NCBI GenBank assembly: GCA_964540635.1
Contig: CAZINP010000001.1
Coordinates: 9,540-73,539, forward strand
Length of the DNA stretch: 64,000 nt
Origin: an uncultured Gammaproteobacteria bacterium
GTDB taxonomy: Bacteria > Patescibacteriota > Patescibacteriia > Buchananbacterales > UBA6539
Reading direction: 5' to 3'
Part shown: positions 21,812 to 33,945 of the stretch, piece after piece
Position numbering within the stretch: the first letter of the stretch is position 1
How the letters are laid out: each line of letters opens with the position of its first letter
Program-made: the position numbers and the translations under genes
The notes under the pieces: generated by a model
Told to the model about the DNA's origin: nothing
Seen by the model: only the letters and a program-made list of their open reading frames with translations
The model's database searches: none

Positions 21812-22849
21812 ATGAAAGGCACTAATTACATCTACGCTTCCGCCAAAGTCAGGGCGCTTGAGAAAAAAATATTAGACGAAACGGACATTGAGCGCATGGT
21901 TGACGCGCCGGATTTTTTTAGTGCCTTTAAGGTACTAAACGATACTGATTTTGGCGATAATCTATTAGACTTAGATCCCTTGGATTATCGCAAAGCAATT
22001 AGCGCTGATTTTGAACAAATGCATGATCTGCTTCAAAAAATAACGCCCGAAGAAAATTTGTTTGAATTAATGTTGCTTGAAAGAGATTTCATCAATATAA
22101 AACTTTTCTTTAAGGAAAAACATTTTAAGATTAATGTGGTTGATTACGTTCGTGAAAACACTATTTACGGAAAAGATCATTTAAAAGATTTTGTTTACGA
22201 AACCCACATTCACGAGCCGGCAATTCTTGAGGCTTATGTCATGGAACAGAAAGGCCAAGTTTTAGATCAAGAAATTAAAGATGTTATTTATAGAACCGCC
22301 AAAAAAATTACGGAAAAAACCAGGCCGGATGAAATTGACGCAATGCTTACCCAAGAATACTTTGATCTTAAATTTGAGTTAGCCAAAAATACGGGCAGTC
22401 GCTTTATTGTCAATTACATTAAAATGGAAATTGATGTCAGCAATCTTTTGGTTTGGCTTCGCGCCAAAAGATTAAAGTTAAGCAAAGAGCAGTTAACTCA
22501 AAAACTTATCAAAGGCGGTCATGCTGATGTTAAGAGAATGATTCAATATTATTCTGAAGACGCCAGAAGTTTGAAGTTTTTTGTTAATGCTCATTTTGAC
22601 TTAAGAATTGTTGAAGCATACGATAATTTTTGCGAAAACGACAACTTGTTCGTATTAGAAAAAGCCTTGCAAGACTATAAAATCCGTTATGCCCAAGAAG
22701 CAAAAAGATACAGCTACGGTCCGGAAGTTTTATTTGGATATTTTTTAGCCAAACAAAACGCCAATAACAATATCAGAATTATCTTAACCGGCAAGCTCAA
22801 TAATATGCCGGCCGAAGCGATTAAACAAACAATTAGAGAAGCCTACTAA
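21812..22849 (+). CDS. ntpC: V/A-type ATPase subunit C (d)
   Basis: Y.YA.A.VRALE..IL; GPE.L.GY..AK.....NIRIIL.GK. Confidence 0.9.
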   Translation: MKGTNYIYASAKVRALEKKILDETDIERMVDAPDFFSAFKVLNDTDFGDNLLDLDPLDYRKAISADFEQMHDLLQKITPEENLFELMLLERDFINIKLFFKEKHFKINVVDYVRENTIYGKDHLKDFVYETHIHEPAILEAYVMEQKGQVLDQEIKDVIYRTAKKITEKTRPDEIDAMLTQEYFDLKFELAKNTGSRFIVNYIKMEIDVSNLLVWLRAKRLKLSKEQLTQKLIKGGHADVKRMIQYYSEDARSLKFFVNAHFDLRIVEAYDNFCENDNLFVLEKALQDYKIRYAQEAKRYSYGPEVLFGYFLAKQNANNNIRIILTGKLNNMPAEAIKQTIREAY

Positions 22850-22850
22850 T

Positions 22851-23168
22851 ATGGACTATAAAATTATTATCATCGGCAACGAAGACGCCATCACCGGCTT
22901 TAAGGCTATCGGCCTTGATACTTTTGGCGTTAAATCACAAGAAGACTGTGAAAAAAAGATTTCTGAAATATATGGCTCATCAGACTACGGCGTAATTTTT
23001 ATCACTGAGGACTGGGCCGACAAAGTAAAAATATTTTTAAGTCAATTGCCGCCCAAAGCCTTGCCGGCCATTGTTGCTGTTCCCTCTCAAGCCGGATCAA
23101 CCGGGGCCGGACTGGCTAATCTGAAAAAAATTGTTGAGCAGGCGGTGGGCTCAGATATTCTTTCTTAA
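22851..23168 (+). CDS. V/A-type ATPase subunit F
   Basis: IIGNEDAITGF.AIG; VEQAVG.DI. Confidence 0.92.
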   Translation: MDYKIIIIGNEDAITGFKAIGLDTFGVKSQEDCEKKISEIYGSSDYGVIFITEDWADKVKIFLSQLPPKALPAIVAVPSQAGSTGAGLANLKKIVEQAVGSDILS

Positions 23169-23201
23169 TTTTAAATATTAATCATAAAGATATTAAAAAA
23201 T

Positions 23202-24938
23202 ATGACTGCACAGAACGCAAAAATCATTAAAGTTTCTGGCCCACTAGTCATCGCCTCGGGAATGAAAAATGCCAAGATGTACGAAGTGGTTAAAGTTTCA
23301 GAACAAAAATTGATCGGAGAAATTATCGAACTCAAAGGCGATACCGCTTCGATTCAGGTTTACGAAGAAACCTCCGGGCTAGGACCAGGAGAACCGGTTT
23401 ACCAAACAGGCCAACCGCTATCTGTTGAACTTGGACCGGGTTTATTAAAATCAATTTATGACGGCATTCAACGTCCGCTAAACTTGATCTGCGAAAAGGC
23501 CGGCGATTTTATTACCCGCGGCATAGAAGTACCTTCTATTGATCGCCAGAAAAAATGGCGCTTTGAACCAACGGTAAAAGTTGGCGATCAGGTTGAATCT
23601 GGAGACGTCATTGGCACGGTTAAAGAAACAGAATTGATTGTCCATAAGATTATGGTTCCGTTTGGAATTTCCGGTAAGGTAGAAAAAATAAATGCCGGTG
23701 ATTTTACCGTTGTTGAACCGGTTGCCAAAGTTAACGGACACGATGTAATTATGATGCAGATTTGGCCGATTCGCCAACCACGACCAATCACAGAAAAGCT
23801 CTTACCAACCGAACCGCTTTTAACCGGCCAGCGCGTCATTGATGCTTTTTTTCCGGTTGTAAAAGGCGGAACTGCTTGCGTTCCCGGACCTTTTGGTTCA
23901 GGTAAAACCGTTGTTCAACATCAGTTGGCCAAATGGGCTGATGCAGACGTTATTTTATTTATCGGTTGCGGTGAAAGAGGCAATGAAATGACTGACGTTC
24001 TTCAGGAGTTTCCCGAATTGATTGATCCAAAATCCGGCAAACCCCTAATGGAAAGAACCGTTTTGATTGCCAACACTTCTAACATGCCGGTCGCCGCGCG
24101 TGAAGCTTCAGTTTATACCGGTATTACCATTGCTGAATATTTCAGAGATATGGGCCTTAAAGTTGCCTTAATGGGCGATTCAACCTCACGCTGGGCCGAA
24201 GCCTTAAGAGAAATGTCCGGTCGCTTGGAAGAAATGCCCGGCGAAGAAGGTTACCCGGCTTATTTGGGTTCTCGTACCGCCAGTTTTTACGAACGCGCCG
24301 GCTACGTAAAATGCTTAGGCTCCCAAGGACGCACCGGCTCACTGACTGTTATTGGTGCTGTTTCCCCTCCAGGTGGCGACCTTTCTGAACCGGTTACTCA
24401 AAACACTTTACGCGTAGTTAAAGTTTTCTGGGGCTTAGACGCTCAATTGGCTTATCGCCGCCACTTCCCCGCCATTAATTGGCTGACAAGTTATTCACTC
24501 TATTCTGATGACATTTCTGACTTTATGAGAAAAAACGCCGGTTCAGATTGGCCGGAAATGAAAACAGAAGCCATGAGCTTACTGCAGCAAGAAGCCAAGC
24601 TTGAAGAAATTGTGAGATTGGTCGGCGTTGAATCGTTATCAGCCAAAGAACAGTTAATTTTGGACACTGCTAAATCTTTACGTGAAGACTTCTTACATCA
24701 AAACGCTTTTGATGATATTGACACCTTTACATCCGCCAAAAAAATGTATTGGATGTTAAAAGCCATTTTAACTTTCCACGCCGAATCAACTGAAGCCTTG
24801 GAAAAAGGCGAAAAGTTAAAAGACTTAATTAACTTGCCGATTAAAGAAAAAATTGGCAAGGCAAAAATGGTTGAAGAAAAAAATCTCAACCAGCTAGAAA
24901 AGTTGGTTTTGGAAATTAAATCAGAAATTAACAAATAA
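23202..24938 (+). CDS. ntpA: V/A-type ATPase subunit A
   Basis: [29 protein letters not shown]; no intein. Confidence 0.98.
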   Translation: MTAQNAKIIKVSGPLVIASGMKNAKMYEVVKVSEQKLIGEIIELKGDTASIQVYEETSGLGPGEPVYQTGQPLSVELGPGLLKSIYDGIQRPLNLICEKAGDFITRGIEVPSIDRQKKWRFEPTVKVGDQVESGDVIGTVKETELIVHKIMVPFGISGKVEKINAGDFTVVEPVAKVNGHDVIMMQIWPIRQPRPITEKLLPTEPLLTGQRVIDAFFPVVKGGTACVPGPFGSGKTVVQHQLAKWADADVILFIGCGERGNEMTDVLQEFPELIDPKSGKPLMERTVLIANTSNMPVAAREASVYTGITIAEYFRDMGLKVALMGDSTSRWAEALREMSGRLEEMPGEEGYPAYLGSRTASFYERAGYVKCLGSQGRTGSLTVIGAVSPPGGDLSEPVTQNTLRVVKVFWGLDAQLAYRRHFPAINWLTSYSLYSDDISDFMRKNAGSDWPEMKTEAMSLLQQEAKLEEIVRLVGVESLSAKEQLILDTAKSLREDFLHQNAFDDIDTFTSAKKMYWMLKAILTFHAESTEALEKGEKLKDLINLPIKEKIGKAKMVEEKNLNQLEKLVLEIKSEINK

Positions 24939-24949
24939 ATAGAATTAAT

Positions 24950-26338
24950 ATGCTTAAACAGTACAAAACCATCAAGCAAATAGCCGGCCCGCTTTTGATC
25001 GTTGAAGGCGTCAGTGACGTCAAATACGAAGAAATGGTAGAAGTTGAACTCTCAGACGGTTCAAAACGCCGCGGCCGTGTCTTGGAAATATCTCAAGACA
25101 AAGCCGTTGTCCAGATGTTTGAAGAATCTCGCGGCTTGGAAGTAGCCGGCGCTAAAGTTACTTTCCTTGGCAAAACCATGGAAGTCGGCGTAAGTAAAGA
25201 CATGCTCGGCAGAATCTTTGACGGCGCCGGCAAACCAAAAGACGGTCTGCCCAATATTATCCCCGAAAAAAAATTAGATATCAACAGCGCCCCGATTAAT
25301 CCCTACGCCAGAAATTTCCCCAACGACTTCATTCAAACCGGTATTTCCACCATTGACGGACTTAACACCTTGGTGCGCGGTCAAAAATTACCTATCTTTT
25401 CCGCTTCCGGCCTGCCCCACTCTGAATTTGCCGCTCAAATCGCCAGACAAGCCAAAGTCGCCAAACCAGACGGCACAACCGAAGGAAACTTTGCGGTTGT
25501 ATTCGCTGCCATGGGCATCACCTTTGAAGAATCAGAATTTTTTATCAACCAGTTCAAAGAAACCGGCGCTATTTCAAGGGCCGTACTTTACGTTAACTTG
25601 GCCAATGATCCGGTGGTTGAGCGTATCACCCTGCCGCGCATTGCCTTAACAACTGCCGAATATCTGGCCTTTGAACTTGATATGCACGTTTTGGTGATTT
25701 TAACTGACTTAACCAATTACTGCGAAGCCTTACGCGAAATATCCGCAGCCAGAAAAGAAATTCCTGGCCGCCGCGGTTACCCGGGCTATCTATATACCGA
25801 CCTTTCCACCATTTATGAGCGCGCCGGCAGAATTAAGGGCCGAAAAGGTTCCATTACCCAAATCCCGGTTTTAACCATGCCTGAAGACGATAAGACTCAT
25901 CCGATCCCCGACTTAACCGGTTATATTACCGAAGGTCAAATTATGCTTTCACGCGAATTGCATCGCAAAGGTATTTATCCGCCGGTTGATGTTTTACCTT
26001 CACTTTCTCGTTTAAAAGATAAGGGTATTGGCGACGGCAAAACTCGCGAAGATCACTCCGGTGTTTTAAACCAAATCTTTGCTGCCTATGCCAGGGGCAA
26101 AGAAGCCAAAGAGTTAGCTGTTATCTTGGGTGAATCAGCACTTTCCGAAGAAGATAAAAAGTTCGCCCAATTTGCCGATGCCTTTGAAAATTGCTACGTT
26201 CGCCAAGGCCGCGACCAAGACAGAAGCATTAAAGAAACTTTGGATTTAAGTTGGGACTTACTTTCAATTTTACCGCGCTCGGAACTAAAACGCGTTAAAG
26301 AAAATCACATCGAAAAATATCTTCCCAAAAAAGATTAA
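24950..26338 (+). CDS. ntpB: V/A-type ATPase subunit B
   Basis: [38 protein letters not shown]. Confidence 0.98.
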   Translation: MLKQYKTIKQIAGPLLIVEGVSDVKYEEMVEVELSDGSKRRGRVLEISQDKAVVQMFEESRGLEVAGAKVTFLGKTMEVGVSKDMLGRIFDGAGKPKDGLPNIIPEKKLDINSAPINPYARNFPNDFIQTGISTIDGLNTLVRGQKLPIFSASGLPHSEFAAQIARQAKVAKPDGTTEGNFAVVFAAMGITFEESEFFINQFKETGAISRAVLYVNLANDPVVERITLPRIALTTAEYLAFELDMHVLVILTDLTNYCEALREISAARKEIPGRRGYPGYLYTDLSTIYERAGRIKGRKGSITQIPVLTMPEDDKTHPIPDLTGYITEGQIMLSRELHRKGIYPPVDVLPSLSRLKDKGIGDGKTREDHSGVLNQIFAAYARGKEAKELAVILGESALSEEDKKFAQFADAFENCYVRQGRDQDRSIKETLDLSWDLLSILPRSELKRVKENHIEKYLPKKD

Positions 26339-26366
26339 ACCAAACGATAAATAACCATCAATTTTT

Positions 26367-26996
26367 GTGGCTAATAAACTCAACGTCAATCCAACCCGCC
26401 AAGAATTGCTTAAGCTTAAAGTCAAGCTTAAGACGATTCAGCGCGGTCATAAATTGCTCAAAGAAAAGCGAGACGGGCTGATGAAAAATTTCATGGCAAT
26501 CATTCGTCAAGCAAAAACTTTGCGAGAACAAATTGAACAAGACTTGGGCAAAGGTTTTTTCTCCTATGTTTTTTTCTCTTCAAAAATTCCAATGTCTGTT
26601 ATTAACGAATCATTGGCAGTCCCAACCAAAAAAGTAAGCTTGCAGGCTAAAACCAGAAATGTCATGGGTGTGGAAGTGCCGGAATTCGTTTACCAAGAAA
26701 ATGGTGATTTTATGTGTTATGATTTAGTTACCACCTCAACCAGTTTGGACAAAGCTTTAATCACTTTTTCGGAAGCGATAAAAAACATGGTTAAGCTAGC
26801 TGAAATTGAACACTCCGCAAAACTTTTGGCAACGGAAATTGAAAAAACCAGAAGGCGCGTTAATGCTTTGGAATATGTTTACATTCCCGATACGATTGAA
26901 ACTATCAAATATATCACCAGTAAACTCAACGAACAAGAACGAGGAACAATAATCACCTTAATGAAGGTCAAAGAATTAATCGCCGCTCAAGAATAA
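26367..26996 (+). CDS. ntpD: V/A-type ATPase subunit D
   Basis: PTRQEL..LK, RGHKLLKEKRD, EIEKTRRRVNALE; GTG start. Confidence 0.96.
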   Translation: MANKLNVNPTRQELLKLKVKLKTIQRGHKLLKEKRDGLMKNFMAIIRQAKTLREQIEQDLGKGFFSYVFFSSKIPMSVINESLAVPTKKVSLQAKTRNVMGVEVPEFVYQENGDFMCYDLVTTSTSLDKALITFSEAIKNMVKLAEIEHSAKLLATEIEKTRRRVNALEYVYIPDTIETIKYITSKLNEQERGTIITLMKVKELIAAQE

Positions 26997-27004
26997 AACA
27001 GTAT

Positions 27005-27040
27005 AAACAAAAAACCCGGCATGGTCGGGTTTTTTGTTTT
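27005..27040 (+). terminator. Terminator of the ATPase operon
   Basis: aaacaaaaaacccggc-atg-gtcgggttttttgttt. Confidence 0.85.
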
Positions 27041-27123
27041 TAAAAAATTTGCTTGCTTTTCGGTAGAAAACTAGGTAAATTAATATTGGTTATTTAATGA
27101 GAAAAAATGGTATAATTATTTTT

Positions 27124-28371
27124 ATGAATAACGATAAAAAATACGATGTGGCAGTCATCGGCGGCGGTCCGGCCGGCCTGATGGCAGCCGGTTGGGCTGC
27201 CCAAAACGGCGCGCGCGCCGTTTTAATTGAAAAAAATCCAATACTGGGCCGCAAACTTTTAATAACCGGCAAAGGGCGATGCAATTTGACCAGCGCCGAA
27301 GAAGATTCAAAAAAATTTATCAAAACCGTTGGCGAAAACGGTAATTTTTTACACTCCGCCCTTTATGCCTTTGGCACCAAACAAACCATGGATTTTTTTC
27401 AAAATCAAGGCCTGGCAATTAAAGTTGAACGCGGACAAAGGGTTTTTCCGGTTTCGGATAAATCTTATGATGTGCTATCAGCCCTGGAAAAATTTTTGCA
27501 AAAAGGGAAAGTCCAAATAATTAAAAATCAAAACGTCAAAGATATGGTTTTAAAAAATAATAAAATTGAAAAAATAATTTTAAACGATTCTGAAATCACG
27601 GCTAAAAATTATATAATTTCAACGGGTGGATTATCTTATCCTGAAACCGGCTGCCAAGGCGACGGCTACAAATGGTGCGAAAAAATGGGCCACACCATAA
27701 ATAAAACCCGTCCCGGGCTGGTCCCGATTTTGGTTAAGGAAAAATGGGTTAAAAAAATTGAAGGCTTAAGCTTGAAAAACGTTTCCATTAGTCTTTGGCA
27801 AAATAATAAAAAACAAGCCGAGGAATTTGGCGAAGCGATTTTTACGGCCAAGGGCTTGAGCGGGCCGATTATTTTAAATTTAAGCAAAGTGGCGGGCGAA
27901 TTGCTGCCCTTGGGCGATATTGAAATCAAAATAAATTTCAAACCCGCCATTACCCTGCAAACCCTAGAAAAAAGATTGTTGACTGAAATCGTACAATCAC
28001 CAAACGAACATTATAAAAATTTTTTAACACGGCTTTTGCCACAAAAAATGATTCCGACATTTATTGAATTATCAAAAATTTTGCCGAACCAAAAAATCGG
28101 GCAGCTCACCAAAGAAAATCGAAAAAATATTTTAAAGTTATTAACCGAATTCAAACTAAATATTTTAAGCTTAGACGGCTACGAAAAAGCAATAATCACC
28201 CTGGGTGGAGTTGAGCCAAAAGAAATTGATCCTAAAACAATGCGATCAAAAATTATTGAAAATCTTTTTTTGGCCGGGGAAATAATTGACGTTCACGGAC
28301 CAACCGGCGGCTATAATCTGCAGATTTGTTTTGCCACAGGTTATCTGGCCGGTAAAAACTCTGCACCATAA
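27124..28371 (+). CDS. HI0933/YhiN (BaiN-like) flavoprotein
   Basis: GGGPAG, GRKLLITGKGRCNLT, TGGLSYP.TG..GDG, G.TGGYNLQ; TG-G-TATAAT 7 nt before ATG. Confidence 0.93.
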   Translation: MNNDKKYDVAVIGGGPAGLMAAGWAAQNGARAVLIEKNPILGRKLLITGKGRCNLTSAEEDSKKFIKTVGENGNFLHSALYAFGTKQTMDFFQNQGLAIKVERGQRVFPVSDKSYDVLSALEKFLQKGKVQIIKNQNVKDMVLKNNKIEKIILNDSEITAKNYIISTGGLSYPETGCQGDGYKWCEKMGHTINKTRPGLVPILVKEKWVKKIEGLSLKNVSISLWQNNKKQAEEFGEAIFTAKGLSGPIILNLSKVAGELLPLGDIEIKINFKPAITLQTLEKRLLTEIVQSPNEHYKNFLTRLLPQKMIPTFIELSKILPNQKIGQLTKENRKNILKLLTEFKLNILSLDGYEKAIITLGGVEPKEIDPKTMRSKIIENLFLAGEIIDVHGPTGGYNLQICFATGYLAGKNSAP

Positions 28372-28430
28372 ACTCATTTGACAAACAAGATTATATAAAC
28401 TAAACTTTTCAGAATACGGAGGAAACAGAA

Positions 28431-28820
28431 ATGAAAAGCATGATCATTTTAAATTTTACTTGGGCACACCAAGGATTGATTGCCACCGGCCAAAAGCCAA
28501 CCCGACCCGAGCAAATCGATTGGCTCATTGGCCAAGGCATTCGAGCGATTGTTTCGCTTGAAGATATTCCGGATTCGATTGCTTTACTAATACGATCGTG
28601 CGGGCTAGATTATTTATTCTTTGACCTGGACGAGTGGTCTGACAGCGATCATTTCGATGTTAGCAAAGTACCGGAAGAAAAATTTGTGGAATTCAACGAT
28701 TTTGTTTTAGGCTCACTTGGGCTAAATCGCCCGATTTTTGTTCACTGCTCCGGCGGCATCAGACGTTCACCGGAAATGGTTAAAAGGTTTTTGAAAAAAT
28801 ACCTACAACCAAAAATCTAA
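28431..28820 (+). CDS. Dual-specificity / Cys-based protein phosphatase family protein
   Basis: VHCSGGIRRS (CX5R), GIRAIVSL; GGAGG RBS. Confidence 0.82.
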   Translation: MKSMIILNFTWAHQGLIATGQKPTRPEQIDWLIGQGIRAIVSLEDIPDSIALLIRSCGLDYLFFDLDEWSDSDHFDVSKVPEEKFVEFNDFVLGSLGLNRPIFVHCSGGIRRSPEMVKRFLKKYLQPKI

Positions 28821-28903
28821 ATGTTCCGACCGATTTGCGGCCGGTTTTTTTAATTTGCCAAAGACAAAAAAAACCGCTAAAATTGATAAATAATCTACCC
28901 ACT

Positions 28904-30424
28904 ATGAATTTCAAAAAACAAATTGTCCTAATCATACTTGACGGCTGGGGACATCGTACCGAAAAAGAATACAACGCAATTATTGAAGCTGATACCCCTT
29001 TTTTTGATCGACTTTGGCAAACCTATCCGCACACCTTGCTTGAGGCTAGCGGTTTGGCCGTAGGTTTACCCGAAGGTCAAATGGGAACCTCTGAAGTCGG
29101 CCACACCACAATTGGACTTGGCCGAACTATTGATACTGATCTGGTTAGAATTAATAAATCAGCCGCCAATGGTGAATTTAAAAACAATCCGACCTTTCAT
29201 GGTCTTTTTAATCATGTTAAAAAATACGACTCAACTTTGCATGTTCAAGGCTTAATCGGTCCAGGCGGCGTTCACAGCAGCCAGGAACATCTATTTGCAT
29301 TTATCAAGGCAGCTAAAGAAGCTGAGATTAATAAAATTGCCATTCACGCATTTACTGACGGTCGCGACACCGCCCCGCAAAGTTCAGCCGGCTTTTTAGA
29401 AGAATTGGAAAAATTTCTCTCAGAAATCGGCATTGGATTTATTGCCAGCACCAGCGGCCGCTATTACGCCATGGATAGAGATAACAATTGGGACAGATTA
29501 GATTTAGCCTATCAAGCAATGTTTTGCGGTCAAGCAAAAAAAACTTGCCAAACCCGCCAGCCATCAACGGTCTTAAAAGAACTTTATTTAAATAATATAA
29601 TTGATGAACAGCTTGAACCGATTGTTTTTCTGGATGAAAAGGGCTGCAGTTGGCCCGTTGGGAAAAATGACGGTATCTTCTTTTTTAACTTCAGGTCTGA
29701 TCGGGCAAAAATGCTAGCCAAAAAAATAATGGAAGATGCGGAAAAAAACAACTGGTATTTTGCCACTATGACAGAATACAGTAAAGACATAAAATCAAAC
29801 ATCGCCTTTCCTTCACTAAAAATTGAAACCACGCTGGCCGAACAAATTTCGTTGGCCGGCTTGAGCCAGGCCCATATCGCGGAGACGGAAAAATTTGCTC
29901 ACGCCACCTTATTTCTAAACGGTGGTCGCGAAACTCCATACGAAAACGAAGTTGACATTCTAATTGAAAGCCGCAAAGACATAAAAACTCACGATCTAGC
30001 GCCAAAAATGAAGGCCAAAGAAATAGCCGATGAGGCGATTAAACAGATTAAAAATGGAACAAATTTTATTTTCATAAATTTTGCCAATGCAGATATGGTT
30101 GGTCACACCGCTAATCGCGAGGCACTAATTCAAGCTGTTGAAGAAGTTGATTTTCAATTTGATAGAGTCATTGACGAGGCAATTAAAAATAATGCTGCCG
30201 CGATCGTCACGGCTGATCATGGCAATGCGGAAGTATATTATGATATTGTTACCGATAGCAAACACACGGCCCACACAACAAGCCTGGTGCCGTTTATTCT
30301 AACAGAAGAAAAGATTGAACTAAGTGATCACGGCAGCTTAGCTGATATTGCGCCAACAATCTTAGAAATTTTGGAAATAAAAAAACCGGAATTCATGACC
30401 GGTAAAAGTTTAATTAAAAAATAA
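28904..30424 (+). CDS. gpmI: 2,3-bisphosphoglycerate-independent phosphoglycerate mutase
   Basis: ILDGWG, GQMGTSEVGH, DGRD, GRYYAMDRD, AETEK, NADMVGHT, ADHGNAE. Confidence 0.97.
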   Translation: MNFKKQIVLIILDGWGHRTEKEYNAIIEADTPFFDRLWQTYPHTLLEASGLAVGLPEGQMGTSEVGHTTIGLGRTIDTDLVRINKSAANGEFKNNPTFHGLFNHVKKYDSTLHVQGLIGPGGVHSSQEHLFAFIKAAKEAEINKIAIHAFTDGRDTAPQSSAGFLEELEKFLSEIGIGFIASTSGRYYAMDRDNNWDRLDLAYQAMFCGQAKKTCQTRQPSTVLKELYLNNIIDEQLEPIVFLDEKGCSWPVGKNDGIFFFNFRSDRAKMLAKKIMEDAEKNNWYFATMTEYSKDIKSNIAFPSLKIETTLAEQISLAGLSQAHIAETEKFAHATLFLNGGRETPYENEVDILIESRKDIKTHDLAPKMKAKEIADEAIKQIKNGTNFIFINFANADMVGHTANREALIQAVEEVDFQFDRVIDEAIKNNAAAIVTADHGNAEVYYDIVTDSKHTAHTTSLVPFILTEEKIELSDHGSLADIAPTILEILEIKKPEFMTGKSLIKK

Positions 30425-30430
30425 CTTCTC

Positions 30431-30457
30431 AATGCCCCGCAAAAGCGGGGTATTTTT
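30431..30457 (+). terminator. Terminator, member of the gccccgc..gcgggg palindrome family
   Basis: aatgccccgc-aaaa-gcggggtattttt. Confidence 0.75.
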
Positions 30458-31916
30458 ATTTTACTTCGTGATATTCTTTTTCCGTATTAACCAACCAAAT
30501 ATTTTCCTTATCTTTTCTTCCAGCCCTGATATTATCAACGGCAGTCATTGCACTTAAAATTGAATGGTCCATATTATTATAGTGATGCATTCCATTGCGA
30601 CCAATCAAAAAAAGATTATCAAATTTATCAAACTCTTCTTTAATAAAGTTAAATTTTTCATATACTCCGAAATAGGCCGGATAAGCTTTTTTTTGTCTAA
30701 AAACTTTTGCCGAAACCAAATCATTTTCAATAATCAGCCCAAGGGACTTAAGTTCACTTTGGGCCATCTTAATAATCTTTTCATCCGTTTTTTCCCAAAG
30801 ATCATCTCCTTGGTTGGAAAAATATTCCGCACCGACAACAAGCGATTGCTTGGTCGGCAACATGGCCGAACTGAAATTATTAACAAAATCCAAGCGACCC
30901 ATCTTTAAATTTTTTTCCTGGACATAAATCCAATTATCTTTTATTTTTTTAATAATCTCTTCTGACTTTAAACCTTCAAACAAAAAACCAACTAGAATAT
31001 AATCTCGATAAATTAAATTCTTTGCCAGTTCAAAAATATGATTATCAATCGCTTCTTTTAAATATTCGGCTAATTCATCAATCGGAATAGAGCTTAAAAA
31101 ATAATTACCAGAAAAATTAACTTCTTGGCCATTGTTTAAATCAAACGATTTTACGTTCAATAATGAAGTGCCGTCACAATCAATTGAAATTATTTTCTGA
31201 TTATAGTAAATCTCTCCACCTAATGAAACAATTTTTTTGGCCAGACTTTCATACATCTGCCCGGCACCCATTCTTGGATAATAAAATTTTTCAATCAGGC
31301 TGGTTTGGACATTCTTATTCTTTACCATCTTAAAAATTTTTTTTATAGCATGGGCTAGCACCTCTTTAATAGAAACGCCTTTAACTCGTTGCGAACCCCA
31401 ATCTGCCGGAATCTTTTCGCAACCAACTCCCCAAACTTTTTGTGTGTAATCTTTAAAAAAGGTTTTGTATAATTCATAACCAAACCGATTAATATAAAAA
31501 TCAGCCAAAGATTTTTCCGGCTTAATGGGCTTGAATCTTACATATAAATAACTTAAAGCAATTTTAATTATACGCCTAAAACCCAACTGACGCAGCGTTT
31601 TTAAATTCAAAGCAATCGGATAATCAAAAAAATTATTTTCAAAAATTATTCTTGTCTGCCTTGATACTTCAAAAAAATCATTCTTATCCGGAAGTATTTT
31701 TTGCCAGAAATCAAAGACTCGATCGGATTTGGTAAAAAACCGATGCGGGCCCAAATCAATCAAAGCTTTATTAAAACCAACTGTTTTTGATATACCACCC
31801 GGCCTATCTTCTTTTTCTAAAATAATAGGTTTAATTTGTGTCTTTTCCAATAATTCTAAAGCGGCTGTTAAACCAGCCGGACCAGCTCCCAAAATTATCG
31901 CTATTTTATTTTCCAT
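30456..31916 (-). CDS. FAD-dependent oxidoreductase (HemY/UDP-galactopyranose-mutase-like, glycan-cluster type)
   Basis: [35 protein letters not shown]. Confidence 0.85.
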   Translation of the reverse strand: MENKIAIILGAGPAGLTAALELLEKTQIKPIILEKEDRPGGISKTVGFNKALIDLGPHRFFTKSDRVFDFWQKILPDKNDFFEVSRQTRIIFENNFFDYPIALNLKTLRQLGFRRIIKIALSYLYVRFKPIKPEKSLADFYINRFGYELYKTFFKDYTQKVWGVGCEKIPADWGSQRVKGVSIKEVLAHAIKKIFKMVKNKNVQTSLIEKFYYPRMGAGQMYESLAKKIVSLGGEIYYNQKIISIDCDGTSLLNVKSFDLNNGQEVNFSGNYFLSSIPIDELAEYLKEAIDNHIFELAKNLIYRDYILVGFLFEGLKSEEIIKKIKDNWIYVQEKNLKMGRLDFVNNFSSAMLPTKQSLVVGAEYFSNQGDDLWEKTDEKIIKMAQSELKSLGLIIENDLVSAKVFRQKKAYPAYFGVYEKFNFIKEEFDKFDNLFLIGRNGMHHYNNMDHSILSAMTAVDNIRAGRKDKENIWLVNTEKEYHEVK

Positions 31917-31920
31917 CAAA

Positions 31921-33657
31921 TTATTTAAAATGATAAACCCTAAAAACTAAATCGCCTTTATTGTTATAAATTTCCATTGGTTTAATTTTTAATTCTTTAA
32001 GCCTTGCTTCCGTATTTTCAATTAAAGACTTAAAGCTTGAAAAATATGTGGCATTAGCGTCGTAAACTTTGCTGCTTACCGGCACTATAAACCAAAAATC
32101 TTTTACGCCCAAAGATTTTAGTTCTTTAATGCCCGTGTTTGGGTCAGACCAATACTGAAAAAGCTGCGAAAGAGAAAAAACAGGCTGGTGACCATAAATT
32201 AGATGGCGATTAAAAATCCAAATTGAACTGAACCAAGAAATTCTATCATCATAGATCAAAACACTTCTATCTTTCAAAGACTCTGGCAGAATTTTTAATT
32301 CAAGCTCACTATTGCTTCTATAAATCTTTTCATCGGGATAAATATTCTCCGAAATAAATTTATCAAGCTGATTAAAACCAAAATTATATGACCTATCTAG
32401 GGCGTAATGACGACCAGGTAAGCCAAACGGTTTATTGGTCAAGTTGGTGTTAACCGAATAGACGAACTCAATAATTAAAAAAATAAAAATTAAAATTAAA
32501 ATTGAATTTCTGATTGTATAAATCGCTCTATTCTTTAAAAAAGAACTTAGGTCAAAAATCAGCATAATAATACCGATAATCAAAAATGGTTCAATAATCG
32601 TAATATACCTGGCCGAAGGGCCCATGAACAAAAACATTAAAATCAAAAATAACAAATGCCAAAAAACAATCTTTTCAAAATTATTATTTTTTCTAAAAAT
32701 CTGCTTTAAAAAAATATATAAACCACCAATAATCTTTAAAACAAAATAACCAAGTGAAGAAAAAGAAAGAATTGAAACGTATTCAGCAAAAAAGTTTTTT
32801 GTTAAACTAAAATTTACAACTTTATTTTTAATTATGGCAAAATCGTCAGGTCGCATCCCAACCATATGACTCAAAGAGGCATCAAAATGACCGCGAGAAA
32901 TAAAAACAAAAAAATTGCAAATTACAATCGGCAAAATTGTAAAAATAAAACCGGCAGCTGCCAGATAAAATTCTCTGGAACGAAAAGTTTTTTTCTGATT
33001 TAAAATTATGTAAATAAAGGCAGCTGGCAATATGTAAATTGCGGTATACTTTGACATAATTGCCAGACCGACAAATATTGCTGCTAAAATAAAATAATAT
33101 TTTTTTTCAAGCGAAAAATAATTAACAAAAAAATAAAGATACATTATCTCAAAAGCAAGAACCAAGCCGTCATTTAAACTCAATCGCGATATCCAGACCG
33201 CAAAAGTTGAAATTGCCAAAAGAAATATCGCCAAAAGCGCTTGTTTTTCATTTTTTTCTTTTTTAATTAAAAAATAAAAAAATAAAATAGCAACCAGATT
33301 CAGTATAGCAATAAAAAAACGAGCCGAAAATGCACTGGCACCAAATAATAAAAAAGCCAACCACTGAAAGAAAAAAAGTAGAGGCGGATGATCATGAAAA
33401 GATAGATTTGCCCACCACGGAATTTTAGAAAACCACTGAATTGGGGTTGTCTGCTGGCTGCTGCCCAGATAATCAAACCAACCCAAAGAACGAAAGGCGT
33501 AATGACCGTCATCATTTAAAAAATCAGCTTGCCCAAGGCCCCAAAATCTAAAAATAAACGCCAAAAAAATTATGGCTAAAAAAAGCAAAAATAACTTTTT
33601 TGAAGAAAAATTATTATTTATCAATTCAATTAATTTTTCTCTTAAATTAGCAATCAT
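31921..33657 (-). CDS. GT-C glycosyltransferase (ArnT/PMT, GT39/83-like)
   Basis: DD..Y, DHPPL, multiple TMs, SKYTA. Confidence 0.85.
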   Translation of the reverse strand: MIANLREKLIELINNNFSSKKLFLLFLAIIFLAFIFRFWGLGQADFLNDDGHYAFRSLGWFDYLGSSQQTTPIQWFSKIPWWANLSFHDHPPLLFFFQWLAFLLFGASAFSARFFIAILNLVAILFFYFLIKKEKNEKQALLAIFLLAISTFAVWISRLSLNDGLVLAFEIMYLYFFVNYFSLEKKYYFILAAIFVGLAIMSKYTAIYILPAAFIYIILNQKKTFRSREFYLAAAGFIFTILPIVICNFFVFISRGHFDASLSHMVGMRPDDFAIIKNKVVNFSLTKNFFAEYVSILSFSSLGYFVLKIIGGLYIFLKQIFRKNNNFEKIVFWHLLFLILMFLFMGPSARYITIIEPFLIIGIIMLIFDLSSFLKNRAIYTIRNSILILIFIFLIIEFVYSVNTNLTNKPFGLPGRHYALDRSYNFGFNQLDKFISENIYPDEKIYRSNSELELKILPESLKDRSVLIYDDRISWFSSIWIFNRHLIYGHQPVFSLSQLFQYWSDPNTGIKELKSLGVKDFWFIVPVSSKVYDANATYFSSFKSLIENTEARLKELKIKPMEIYNNKGDLVFRVYHFK

Positions 33658-33742
33658 ACCAATATAAATATACCACTTTTTTATATCTAAACATAGATTG
33701 AGCAAACTGTAACAGATTGCAATTTCTGCCGTCAACATATAT

Positions 33743-33899
33743 GCAGGGGGTAATCCTGGAGTAAATTTGACCTAAAAATCACCCAAAATGAGTCCAAGAG
33801 GTCAGGTTCCAGGCATTAATTCCCAAAAAACAGAAAGACTTGTTGCCATACAAAGGTCAGAAAGGCAACGCAAAGGCAGAGGTTTACCCCCTGCCTTTG
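33743..33899 (-). ncRNA. Unidentified structured RNA candidate
   Basis: GC-rich intergenic island with 3 hairpins and an 11-bp end-to-end complementarity; G-U pairs favour the minus strand. Confidence 0.45.
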
Positions 33900-33903
33900 T
33901 TTT

Positions 33904-33935
33904 AAAAAGCAACCCTTCAGAGAAAGGGTTGCTTT
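33904..33935 (-). terminator. Terminator of valS-tyrS-response regulator operon
   Basis: aaagcaaccctt-cagaga-aagggttgcttt, T-tract on minus strand. Confidence 0.85.
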
Positions 33936-33945
33936 AAAAAATAAT

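Noticed and set aside
23202-26338. Intein in ATPase subunit A or B
   Set aside because: Lengths (578 and 462 aa) are normal and motifs are contiguous
33743-33899. tmRNA, SRP RNA, RNase P or retron ncRNA identity for the structured element
   Set aside because: No tRNA-like 3' end, no SRP GGAA-loop/AGCAG motif, no RNase P GAGGAAAGUCC, and no reverse transcriptase in the window
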